Below, one piece after another: positions 28,202-36,951 of a stretch of DNA of 64,000 nt. Source of the stretch: Candidatus Poribacteria bacterium (GTDB lineage Bacteria; Poribacteria; WGA-4E; WGA-3G); NCBI GenBank assembly GCA_965205015.1, contig OZ242029.1, positions 3,136,001 through 3,200,000 on the forward strand. The letters are read 5' to 3'. The position numbers and the translations under genes were made by a program. How positions within the stretch are numbered: the first letter of the stretch is position 1; every line of letters begins with the position of its first letter. The notes beneath the pieces were generated by a model that saw only the letters and a program-made list of their open reading frames with translations, was not told where the DNA came from and ran no database searches.

Positions 28202-29164
28202 ATGTCCAAACAAAGTAATGAAAAAAGAAAAAAGAAAAGATCCCGAAAAAGGAATAAAGCACATGCTTCTCTAAAGTCACTATCCGCGATGAAATCTAAG
28301 AAAGGGGTTCGTCCTAGAGCTGATTGCAACGTATGTGGTCAGAATAGAATTTTGACTTTCGATCACGTACCGCCGAAAAAGACCAGGAAAATTATACAGA
28401 AACACAGCCATTGGCTTAAAGACAAAGATATTTTAGTGGAAAACCAGGATGGTGATACCGTTGTCCAAAAGCTTGGGTTTGAAACAGTGTGTAAGGAATG
28501 TAATGGTATTGGCAGTGGGTACGTTGATGAGTATAATGAGATGATTGTTCAACTCTTGAATCATATAAATCAAGGTTGGGATAATCGATTTGTCGAAATT
28601 ACAATCAATCCTCTAATTGTGTTCAAACAAATACTCTATATGTTTTTGGTTCAAAATGATGAGTTTAAATGGTATAAATACCATCCATATCTATTGTATC
28701 GTTTATTTGAAAGCAGACAGCTGACTTATTCTAATTTGGAATCGCTATTAAAAATTTATATGGGTTTCCACACAGGACCTGATTTAAGCTATCATCCGGA
28801 TCAAGTTGCTAAAGGTAATCTTGCCCCGGATGCGCCAATTACTCTATCTAAGGAATATCCGAGTTATACGGCAGAAGTGGACATCTCAGAATTGCGTATA
28901 GCCCTAAATGAGGGAGTATTTGATAATGGAATCTTGTTTCCACCATTTTTCTATAGATTAATTATCACACACGATCTAACGCAAAATATTAATGTGGGCA
29001 GGCTGACAGATATCACATCTTTCAGTGCCTGTTCAGATCAAGCTCGCAAAATTGAGTTACCCATCATTAAGAATGATATAGGTACGCCACCGAGTTCTTT
29101 TAGAAGTTCGTTGGTTAAATGGAAGGAAGTGCCTCATACACCTGTTATAGCAAATATAGATTAG
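28202..29164 (+). CDS. HNH-like zinc-finger nuclease domain protein
   Basis: CNVCG....LTFDHVPPK ... VCKECN motif, basic N-terminus, AT-rich. Confidence 0.7.
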   Translation: MSKQSNEKRKKKRSRKRNKAHASLKSLSAMKSKKGVRPRADCNVCGQNRILTFDHVPPKKTRKIIQKHSHWLKDKDILVENQDGDTVVQKLGFETVCKECNGIGSGYVDEYNEMIVQLLNHINQGWDNRFVEITINPLIVFKQILYMFLVQNDEFKWYKYHPYLLYRLFESRQLTYSNLESLLKIYMGFHTGPDLSYHPDQVAKGNLAPDAPITLSKEYPSYTAEVDISELRIALNEGVFDNGILFPPFFYRLIITHDLTQNINVGRLTDITSFSACSDQARKIELPIIKNDIGTPPSSFRSSLVKWKEVPHTPVIANID

Positions 29165-29175
29165 ATTCTGTCTAA

Positions 29176-29342
29176 GTAGTGTTTACATTTTTTTAGCAGT
29201 CATAAGTATGGCTGCGAAATAAACAAATCCAAAGTATCAGACTGCGTATTTATCATAGCGAGTGGCAACCCGACGAAACTGTTTCAAGCGATGAAAAAAA
29301 CGCTCGATGACGTTGCGAAGTTTGTAGGTAGTGTTTACATTT
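29176..29342 (-). pseudogene. IS5-family transposase C-terminal remnant
   Basis: Minus strand reads YKLRNVIERFFHRLKQFRRVATRYDKYAV*YFGFVYFAAILMTAKKM*, the IS5 (IS427/IS1031-type) R...ER.F..LK..RR.ATRYDK signature with an internal stop. Bounded by GTAGTGTTTACATTT at 29176 and 29328. Confidence 0.88.
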
Positions 29343-29399
29343 ATCCAGCTTGAATTGGCGTGGGACAAGAGGATATAAAAATGCAGGCTGTATTTTAAA

Positions 29400-29651
29400 T
29401 TAGAAAACACCGAAGCCCAAGACGAGGCGGATGGCGCCCAAGAGAATGGCTACGCCACACAGAACACACCCAGCAATGGCGAGTTCTTTCTTTGATGACA
29501 CGATAAAGGCAAGGACGCTGAACAGCAATCCAAAGACGGCAAACGGAATATTGAGGTAATTGAGTGCGCCGAGGAACGGGATAATGGCAACTGCCATCCC
29601 GATCATCGCGAATATGCCCCATATTAAACTGAGAATCGACAGTAATCCCAT
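29400..29651 (-). CDS. Small three-helix membrane protein
   Basis: 83 aa, almost entirely hydrophobic, RBS GGAG. Confidence 0.75.
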   Translation of the reverse strand: MGLLSILSLIWGIFAMIGMAVAIIPFLGALNYLNIPFAVFGLLFSVLAFIVSSKKELAIAGCVLCGVAILLGAIRLVLGFGVF

Positions 29652-29708
29652 GATTTATCTCCGTATTATCACAAAGCATTACAGCGGCGAAGTGTTGTCT
29701 GCAAATTT

Positions 29709-29900
29709 TTATAGTAGAACCCACAATTACTTGAATACTGACAGAAGGCGAGGTTGGATGAAGATTAAGAATTTAATTCGGTAATATGTGGGCAGGCACA
29801 AGACCTGGGGAAACACCCCAGCAAAAACCCCCTACAATGTCTTTTTTGGGATAGGATTACCGAAATATTTATTTAAACTTCATGAAACCTCGCCAGCGGG
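29709..29900. mobile_element. Nested REP/MITE composite
   Basis: GGCGAGGTT...AACCTCGCC hairpin split by a 126 bp element with 28 bp imperfect TIRs (29758-29785, 29856-29883), which contains a GGGCAGGCACAAGACCTG..CCCCTACA REP. Confidence 0.8.
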
Positions 29901-29933
29901 GGTGGACGTTGGTTCGGGCGTTACTATGAAACG

Positions 29934-31343
29934 TTACGCCTCTGTTGGTGTGTGGTCCTCTGCTTTCCTGAGTATGACGTTTCCGCCGACGGAGAAAAGT
30001 TTCAAGAGTGAACCGCCACCGTTGATGGTTCCCTGCAACTGATCGGGTTTGACAGTCCCTGTTGTTTCTACGGCTACCGGAAATTCTGTGGTTACTGAAC
30101 CTCCAAGTACCTTGGCTTCGACTGTCGCAGCGATATCCGGGACGAGTGATACATTGATGTTGCCTCCTGTTGTCTTCATATCCAGTAGCAGGTTTTGACG
30201 TGAAACTGCCTCTTGGAGTTGGCAGCGAATAGAACCGCCGCTTGTTTTCGCGAGGACGGGTCCGTCGTTCTCTACCTCTATGCTGCCACCGGCGGTTTTC
30301 ACATCTGCGCCGCCTTTACAGCCGCGTAGCGTCACATTGCCACCGGAGGTTTTCCCGTTGACGGCACCTATGACATCGATCATCTGGATGTTGCCACCCG
30401 ATGTTTTGGCTTTGACATCGCCAGTGCCTTCCTCAAGCGTGATGTTTCCACCACTCGTTCGAAGTGCGGTGTTGCCCTCAAATGCCTTGAGATCTATGTT
30501 TCCACCGGAAGTTGTTCCGTCGATGTGTCCGACGATATTTTGTAAACGGAGTCCGGCACCGGCAGTGCGAACGTGCACATCGCCACCTATATCCATCACA
30601 GAAATTTCCTCATCGGCGGTTTTCAAATCGAGCGTGTAGTTTCGGGGAACGACGATTTCAAATTGGACATCCAAGCGTTTTTTCGCCTTTTTCCACTGTT
30701 TTACGGGACCCCTGAATTTTGCCTCGATTTTGACATCTACGGCTTCGTGTGTCATCTGGACATCAAAATTCTTAAGGACTTCCCCTGCACGCCGATCTTC
30801 CTTTAACTGTGCGGCACGTCGGATGCGGACAGAAACATTATCATCCGCTGCGCTCCGCACGTCAATTGCCCCGAAATCAGCGTCGATCGTTAGCTTACCA
30901 CCGGGTGCAACGGGAAAGACTTCGACGATGTCTTCTAACGTCGTCTCGGTCAAGAAATCTGGTGCAGCTTTTCGGATGAGGTCGCCGAAGGGTTTGTCTG
31001 CCAGTTCCTCTGTCAGATTCTCCATGAACCGTTTTCCGAAAAAACTGGAGAACCATCCTTTGAAATCCGCGGTTGTGTCCACCTCTTCGTTGAGATAGGC
31101 GGCAAGTTGATGACAAGCGATTCCAATCTGGCTAAAAGAGGCATCTGTGGGGAGCACCTCAAAGAGTCCATCGGGTATTGCGTTGATGTCGTTGAGCCGT
31201 TTGAGGACGTTATTGAATTGGGAGATGCATTGCGATTCGCCGCCGCTGAACGCTCCGGTTAGCGCGGCGTCCTCTGCGATTTTTGCGGTGTGCTCCAACA
31301 TGTGAAAAAGTCCTCTGAGTTCTTGTGGTCTGTGTTGTTCCAT
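29934..31343 (-). CDS. DUF4097 family beta-strand repeat protein with an uncharacterised N-terminal domain
   Basis: Repeated (K/R)TSGGNI.L units and GTINGGG.LLKL.SVGGNV terminus. Confidence 0.85.
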   Translation of the reverse strand: MEQHRPQELRGLFHMLEHTAKIAEDAALTGAFSGGESQCISQFNNVLKRLNDINAIPDGLFEVLPTDASFSQIGIACHQLAAYLNEEVDTTADFKGWFSSFFGKRFMENLTEELADKPFGDLIRKAAPDFLTETTLEDIVEVFPVAPGGKLTIDADFGAIDVRSAADDNVSVRIRRAAQLKEDRRAGEVLKNFDVQMTHEAVDVKIEAKFRGPVKQWKKAKKRLDVQFEIVVPRNYTLDLKTADEEISVMDIGGDVHVRTAGAGLRLQNIVGHIDGTTSGGNIDLKAFEGNTALRTSGGNITLEEGTGDVKAKTSGGNIQMIDVIGAVNGKTSGGNVTLRGCKGGADVKTAGGSIEVENDGPVLAKTSGGSIRCQLQEAVSRQNLLLDMKTTGGNINVSLVPDIAATVEAKVLGGSVTTEFPVAVETTGTVKPDQLQGTINGGGSLLKLFSVGGNVILRKAEDHTPTEA

Positions 31344-31364
31344 TTTTTCACCTCTCTTTGATGG

Positions 31365-31973
31365 TTACATATCTGCACGGTAGCCGCGTCTTTCCAAAAT
31401 CGTTTTAAGTAGTTCCTTTGCCTTATGGAGTCGCCATTTCACGGTTGTGAGGGGTACGGAGAGGAATTCAGCCATCCGTTTTTGCGGCATCTCTGCCCAA
31501 TAATAGAGTTCAATAACCCCTCGGAAGTCATCTGGTAGTTCCTGAATCGCGTCTCTGATTGCTTGCTGTGTGAGTTCACGTTCCACAATGTGAGCGGGAT
31601 CTTCAGCCGATGTATCTGCTGCCCTATTTAAATAGGGTTCCATATCTTCCTGGGGTTGGTAACGGCCGGCACTCCTATAATAGCGCAAAGCACGGTTGCG
31701 GGTGATTGAATGAAGCCACGCACCAAACCGGTTCAGATCCGAGAGTTGTGGGAGTGCTTCAAAAGCCCTCAAAAACGCGTCTTGCACGACGTCTTCGGCA
31801 TCGGTAGGGTTTCGCACAATCTGTTGCGCGATTGTCAGCATGGCTCGTCGGTAGCGAGTGACCAAAACATCAAACGCTTGTGTATTCCCAGCAAGTGCCG
31901 CGACGACTAACTCGGCATCATTCGCATCCGTTAATTCTTGATTGATTGGCACGCACGCTTCGTCTGTAGGCAT
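31365..31973 (-). CDS. ECF RNA polymerase sigma-70 factor
   Basis: DAELV...L.G...AF..LV.RY, DAEDVVQDAF, F..WL..I.RN, region 4 TVKWRLHKAK. Confidence 0.93.
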   Translation of the reverse strand: MPTDEACVPINQELTDANDAELVVAALAGNTQAFDVLVTRYRRAMLTIAQQIVRNPTDAEDVVQDAFLRAFEALPQLSDLNRFGAWLHSITRNRALRYYRSAGRYQPQEDMEPYLNRAADTSAEDPAHIVERELTQQAIRDAIQELPDDFRGVIELYYWAEMPQKRMAEFLSVPLTTVKWRLHKAKELLKTILERRGYRADM

Positions 31974-32148
31974 GAATCCTCTCCCTCTTTGCCTATTAGA
32001 GACATGTCAGAAAAAAAGGATAGTGAAAAGTACGTTTTTCCGTAAAAAGAACGGAGCGAGGGAAAGGAAAAGGTGTTCAACCGCCTTTCCAAGACGTAGG
32101 GAGTCAGGGGTTCGGTATCGGGCGAGGGGACCTCGCCCCTACGACATG

Positions 32149-32625
32149 TTATGAGGTGGGTCTGTAGAGCATCACCAAACAGCCACCGAGTGCGGCGAGC
32201 AGGATACCTGCGACAAACTGCCATCGGACTGCCCCCCAGCCACCTGGTGGTGGATGCGATAGCGTCGCAACGATGGCGTTTACGATGGGTGCCCCCGCAA
32301 AGACGATGGACATGACGACGGCAGGTCGACCGCCTGCGCCGAAGGCGAGTAGTACGCCGAATGCGCCAATTGCACCCACCAGTCCGGCGATAAACGACCA
32401 GGAGACCCCCGAACCTGTAAATTGCCAATTGGATCCGTTAAGGATGAGCATCAAGGCGGAACCGATGACAGCCGCCAAAAGATACGCGAGTCCCACAAAG
32501 AGGAACGCTTTATAGCGTCCATGCACGGGATCCGCCATAGAGACCTGCCCTTGATGTAGAAAAACACCGTAAAGTCCCCATGACGAAACGGTCATGAAAA
32601 CAAAAATGAGCCATGTTTTAGACAT
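32149..32625 (-). CDS. Membrane protein (EamA/DMT-like)
   Basis: Five hydrophobic helices, SWGLYG, VMSIVFAGAPIVN. Start set to MSKTW. Confidence 0.75.
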   Translation of the reverse strand: MSKTWLIFVFMTVSSWGLYGVFLHQGQVSMADPVHGRYKAFLFVGLAYLLAAVIGSALMLILNGSNWQFTGSGVSWSFIAGLVGAIGAFGVLLAFGAGGRPAVVMSIVFAGAPIVNAIVATLSHPPPGGWGAVRWQFVAGILLAALGGCLVMLYRPTS

Positions 32626-32693
32626 AATCCACTTCCTTCTTGATTGTTGGGGCGAAAGCACTTCCAGCGCGCGCCAGCAATTGAAACATTAGG

Positions 32694-32814
32694 TAGGACT
32701 TGCGCAAATTGGGTAGACCCACTGACTTTGAGGTGGTTTTAGCGATGGAAGCGCAATGAATTGCGCTACTACAAACCAATGACCTCACGAAAACGCGTAA
32801 ACTGTGTAAGTCCT
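32694..32814. mobile_element. MITE-like element with TAGGACTT(A/G)CGCA...TG(C/T)GTAAGTCCT ends
   Basis: Imperfect inverted ends. The 3' ~55 bp is homologous to 7525-7579. Confidence 0.7.
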
Positions 32815-32816
32815 GG

Positions 32817-34106
32817 TTAGGTATACTTTTCAAACACCTTCAAAAGTTGTTCTGCGATGATTGTATCGTTAAACTTCTGATGCACATTGATTTTTCCGGT
32901 TTCTCCGAGGTGTTCACGCCGCTCGGTATCGTTAAGGAGTTCGATGATGCCTGCCGCTACTGATTCAGGGGATTCCGGTTCAACGAGGATACCACCGTCA
33001 GTCGCCGCAATCATCTCAGGAAACGCGCCGTGTCGCGGTTGGACGACCGGTACACCATTGGCGAGCGACTCTATAATTGACAACCCTTTGGATTCACGGT
33101 AAACGGTGGGAACGGAAAAGACATGGAGACGATTGAGGAACTCAATTTTTTGCGTCCGCGTCACCTCACCGTGATGCACGAAACTGTCTGACAAATTCCA
33201 TGCCTGAATCTGGTTCACGAGTTCCTCAAGATAGGGTTCGTCTTTCTTACCGAGGTAACCGGCAACATGCAATTGAACCGTATCCGCCCCTAACGCGTCC
33301 GCTACCAGACGGAAAGCGTCCACCAAGATGTGTAGCCCCTTTTCAGGACAGATGCGCGCTAAGTAGCCAATAATAAAGGGCGGTGGTTCCGGTTTTTCGA
33401 CCGGCACGCCGTGTCCCTCCATGTTCAATCCCAGCGGGACAACATCAATCTTATCAGTAGATATGTTAAGGTAGGTATCTGCCATAAACTGCGCGTAATA
33501 GTCACAAGGTGCCACGAAGCCGTCTGGATCTATGGCACGTTCTCGAAGAAGCGTTAATGCCTCTGATTTGTATGGCTCGATAAGATCTTGCAGGAAAATA
33601 TCTTCACCTTGGAGGGCACAGATAACTGGGACATCTAACGCCTTTTTAATTTCTCTTGTGAAACCGACAAGCATGGAATTGGTGAGATAGACAATATCTG
33701 GTTTGTTCTCTTCAGCGAGCCATTTGACTAATTTCGCTAATTCTTTGCTTTGATGCCCCTGCTCTGCGCTGAGCATAGAAACTGTAAGTTGTCCAAGGTC
33801 TCGCGCGGCTGTTGAACTACTAAATCGCGCCAATCCGTTCAGTAGTGTCGGATTGTCGAGGAGTTTGTCTAAGGTCCACGGCGTGTGTCGAAAAAGGGAG
33901 AGTTTCTGTTGCAGATAGACGTTAATCCCACCGAAAAAGACGCGGTTCAGGCTCACATTTGCCTCATCTGTCCGAGTCGGGGTATACGTTGGAATCAGTG
34001 AAACGTTATGTCCCTGTTTTTTCAGGACCGTGGCTACCATGTTATCGTGGATACAGGTTCCGCAGTACATGCCAGCGGCGCCTGCGGTAATATAAGCAAC
34101 TTTCAT
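32817..34106 (-). CDS. Glycosyltransferase family 4 (GT-B)
   Basis: IGYLARICPEKG, ESKGLSIIESLANGVPVV..RHGAFPE. Confidence 0.92.
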   Translation of the reverse strand: MKVAYITAGAAGMYCGTCIHDNMVATVLKKQGHNVSLIPTYTPTRTDEANVSLNRVFFGGINVYLQQKLSLFRHTPWTLDKLLDNPTLLNGLARFSSSTAARDLGQLTVSMLSAEQGHQSKELAKLVKWLAEENKPDIVYLTNSMLVGFTREIKKALDVPVICALQGEDIFLQDLIEPYKSEALTLLRERAIDPDGFVAPCDYYAQFMADTYLNISTDKIDVVPLGLNMEGHGVPVEKPEPPPFIIGYLARICPEKGLHILVDAFRLVADALGADTVQLHVAGYLGKKDEPYLEELVNQIQAWNLSDSFVHHGEVTRTQKIEFLNRLHVFSVPTVYRESKGLSIIESLANGVPVVQPRHGAFPEMIAATDGGILVEPESPESVAAGIIELLNDTERREHLGETGKINVHQKFNDTIIAEQLLKVFEKYT

Positions 34107-34403
34107 GTTTTCTCAAATGCACAGTGGGAGTATGGAGGCTTAAATCTTGGAATTATAGTATATCAGACTCACCCAAAAAAGTCATATCTATTTTTTTACC
34201 GATTAGCGGTCAGTAAGTATCGCGAGCACAGTTCGCGCCTACACTAAAGCGTCAAGGTGATTTCGTTTTCGATTTCCCGTTTAGTTTTAGTTCCCTTCTG
34301 TGAAGAAAAAATATATAAAACGTAAGCGTTACACCTGTTACGACACACGGCGTGTGCCTACTACTTTTAAAACTAAATAGCGCTGACTAAAGCGTAAAGA
34401 AAT

Positions 34404-34432
34404 TTGCATTTCCACTGCAATTGTGGTATCAT
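34404..34432 (+). promoter_or_regulatory. Sigma70-like promoter of rpmB
   Basis: TTGCAT-17-TATCAT, with TGn extended -10. Confidence 0.65.
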
Positions 34433-34486
34433 TAATGTTTAGGTTTCACCAACACTTTAGAGAGAAAGAAGGAAGGAGACAGCACA

Positions 34487-34699
34487 ATGTCACGAGTCTG
34501 TACTATCTGTAGCAAACGTCCGATGACAGGCAACCGGATTAGTAAATCCCGTCGGCATACAAAACGGCGTTGGTTGCCGAATCTTCAACGGGTCAGGATT
34601 GAAACTGCGGACGGACCGAGACGGGTTCGCGTTTGCACGAATTGTCTACGGAGCGGAAGGATCGCCAAAGTTATTTCAAGGATGCCGGCACCGGTGTAG
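34487..34699 (+). CDS. rpmB: 50S ribosomal protein L28 (Zn-ribbon C+ type)
   Basis: MSRVCTICSKRP.TGNRIS.S.RHTKRRWLPNLQ...VCTNCLR. Confidence 0.96.
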   Translation: MSRVCTICSKRPMTGNRISKSRRHTKRRWLPNLQRVRIETADGPRRVRVCTNCLRSGRIAKVISRMPAPV

Positions 34700-34743
34700 A
34701 AGAGAAGCGTGATTTGGAGGTTGCTCTTACCGCGGGAATGCGT

Positions 34744-36951
34744 TTACGACTCGCGGGTGACACGCTGTACGCCTTTTAAGCGGCGAATCGCTTGCATGAC
34801 GTCATCGAGTTGTTCGGCACCTGTCACGTCTAAAGTCAGATTATCAGAGGCTTCGGCATCATAATCGACATCGGAGGATTCAAAGTTTCCGCGGCGGATA
34901 TTCACCTTGTATTGTGCGATGGCAGTTGTGATTTCACTGAGCATACCGGGCCGGTCGTTGCACTCAACGAGAATTTTGACGGGATAGATGGAAGGTGGGT
35001 GGTTTCCGTTTTCGGAGACTGGTTTTTCGCTCCACTGGACGGTTAAAAGGCGTTCGGGTTCGTCAAGGATACGGATGCACCCCGATCTATGGACAGACAC
35101 ACCGCGCCCGCGTGTGAGATAACCGACGACTTGGTCCCCAGGAATCGGGTTACAGCACTTCATAATTCGTATCATACCTAAGTCTATGTCGTTTTCAAGC
35201 TGAACAGCCGGGGGTGATTCGGGTTTTCCCCTTCCGTTAATATCTTCAGGAGATTCGGCTTCTGATTTCGGCACCTCAGGTTTCAGTAAATTAACGACTT
35301 GTGTCGCAGATTCATCGCCATTGCCAATCCGTACGAAAAGTTCCTCAAGATTTTTGAGTTTCAGTTGCTGTGCGATGTCATGGAGTTTCGGGGAATTGAG
35401 ATAATCCCGGGAATTAAGATAGGAAACCCGTAATTCCGCTGCGAGAAATTTCTTACCTAACTCCAATGCCTCAGCCCTATCCTTTTCACGAAACCAGTGA
35501 TTGATCTTCGTCCGTGCGGTGGCGGTTTTGACGTAGGACAACCAGCTCCGGCTTGGTCTCCCGTTGGGTTGTGTCCGAATATTGACCTGATCTCCGTTCT
35601 CAAGTACACGTCGGATGGGTGCGACAGCCCCGTTAATCTCTGCTCCGACACATGTGTTTCCAACATCGGTATGAATTTTATAGGCAAAATCAATCGCGGT
35701 CGCGCCGGCGGGTAACCTAAACAGTTCACCTTTCGGTGAAAAGACATAGACTTCGTCTTGGAAGAGTTCCAGTTTCATGGATTCCACGAAATGATGCGGG
35801 CTATCTTGTGCCTCTTGTATGTCCTCAAGTATCTGCTTATAGCTGGCGAAAATGGAACGTCCTTGTTGGCTCCTCGGTAATCCTTCCTTGTAGCTCCAAT
35901 GTGCGGCAATGCCATCTTCAGCAATCCTATGCATCTGATATGTGCGAATCTGTATTTCAACAGGTCTGCCGTCATCAAGAATCGTGGTGTGGAGTGACTG
36001 ATACCCGTTTTTCTTCGGCTGCCCGATCCAATCTCGAAGTCGATCTGGATGATAATTCCATTTGTGATGGAGTGCCCCGAGCGCGATGTAGCAATCCGCT
36101 TCGGTTTTGACGAGGATGCGAAGACCGATTAAGTCTCGGATTTCACTGAAGGGGGTCTTCTTCTGTTGCATCTTCTGATGGATACTATAGATATGCTTCG
36201 TTCTACCGTGGACATCGGCGAAAACATTCCGTTTTTCGAGTTCTCCGCGAATCTGCTTGACCATCTTTTCACAGTATGCCTCTCGCTCCGTGAGTTTCTG
36301 GTTCAGCAGTTCGGCAATTTTTCGGTATTCGATGGGATAGAGATGCTTAAATGCCAAGTCTTCCAAGCGGCCCATGATCCGCCAAAGTCCCAATCGATGT
36401 GCGATCGGGGCATAAATTTCCAAGGTTTCCTTGGCAACGCGTTGGCATTTCTCACTTGGGAGGAACTCCAGCGTTTCCATGTTATGCAGTCGATCGGCGA
36501 GTTTAATGAGGATGACTCGCATGTCAGCAGCGGTTGCTAACAGGAGTTTCCGGTAGGTTTCGGCTTGGCGTTTCCGATGGACTCGCTGTTCAACGGTGTT
36601 TTTAGCAGCCGGGGCTTGGGAAGCGATACCGAGTTTATACTGACCGATCTTTGTGACGCCTTCGACGAGATTCGTGATATTGGCACCGAACCGAATTTTC
36701 ATCTCTTCACGCGTGATGCTCGTATCTTCGAGGACATCGTGCATGAGTCCGGCACAGATCGTGTGTGTATCGAGTCGGAGCTCGGCGAGTATCTCAGCGG
36801 TTTTAACGCAATGCGTGAAATAGGGTTCCCCGGATTTTCGCTGTTGCCCGTCATGTGCTTCTTGGGAAAAACGGTAACAACGCGCCAGCAGTTCAACCTC
36901 TGCATCGGGATTATAGGCTTGAATTTGGCTCACTAAGGATTTGATACTCAT
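34744..36951 (-). CDS. relA: Bifunctional (p)ppGpp synthetase/hydrolase (long RSH)
   Basis: HD hydrolase (GLMHDVLED, KLADRLHNM), synthetase (PKKNGYQSLH, EIQIRT), TGS (DFAYKIHT), CC and ACT domains. Confidence 0.95.
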   Translation of the reverse strand: MSIKSLVSQIQAYNPDAEVELLARCYRFSQEAHDGQQRKSGEPYFTHCVKTAEILAELRLDTHTICAGLMHDVLEDTSITREEMKIRFGANITNLVEGVTKIGQYKLGIASQAPAAKNTVEQRVHRKRQAETYRKLLLATAADMRVILIKLADRLHNMETLEFLPSEKCQRVAKETLEIYAPIAHRLGLWRIMGRLEDLAFKHLYPIEYRKIAELLNQKLTEREAYCEKMVKQIRGELEKRNVFADVHGRTKHIYSIHQKMQQKKTPFSEIRDLIGLRILVKTEADCYIALGALHHKWNYHPDRLRDWIGQPKKNGYQSLHTTILDDGRPVEIQIRTYQMHRIAEDGIAAHWSYKEGLPRSQQGRSIFASYKQILEDIQEAQDSPHHFVESMKLELFQDEVYVFSPKGELFRLPAGATAIDFAYKIHTDVGNTCVGAEINGAVAPIRRVLENGDQVNIRTQPNGRPSRSWLSYVKTATARTKINHWFREKDRAEALELGKKFLAAELRVSYLNSRDYLNSPKLHDIAQQLKLKNLEELFVRIGNGDESATQVVNLLKPEVPKSEAESPEDINGRGKPESPPAVQLENDIDLGMIRIMKCCNPIPGDQVVGYLTRGRGVSVHRSGCIRILDEPERLLTVQWSEKPVSENGNHPPSIYPVKILVECNDRPGMLSEITTAIAQYKVNIRRGNFESSDVDYDAEASDNLTLDVTGAEQLDDVMQAIRRLKGVQRVTRES

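Noticed and set aside
29238-29240. In-frame TGA as selenocysteine or readthrough
   Set aside because: It lies in a truncated transposase fragment with no start, so it is best explained as a nonsense mutation.
19200-29400. Integron cassette array
   Set aside because: The genes are co-oriented, but I found no integron integrase and no convincing RYYYAAC...GTTRRRY attC sites. Several genes have their own promoters.
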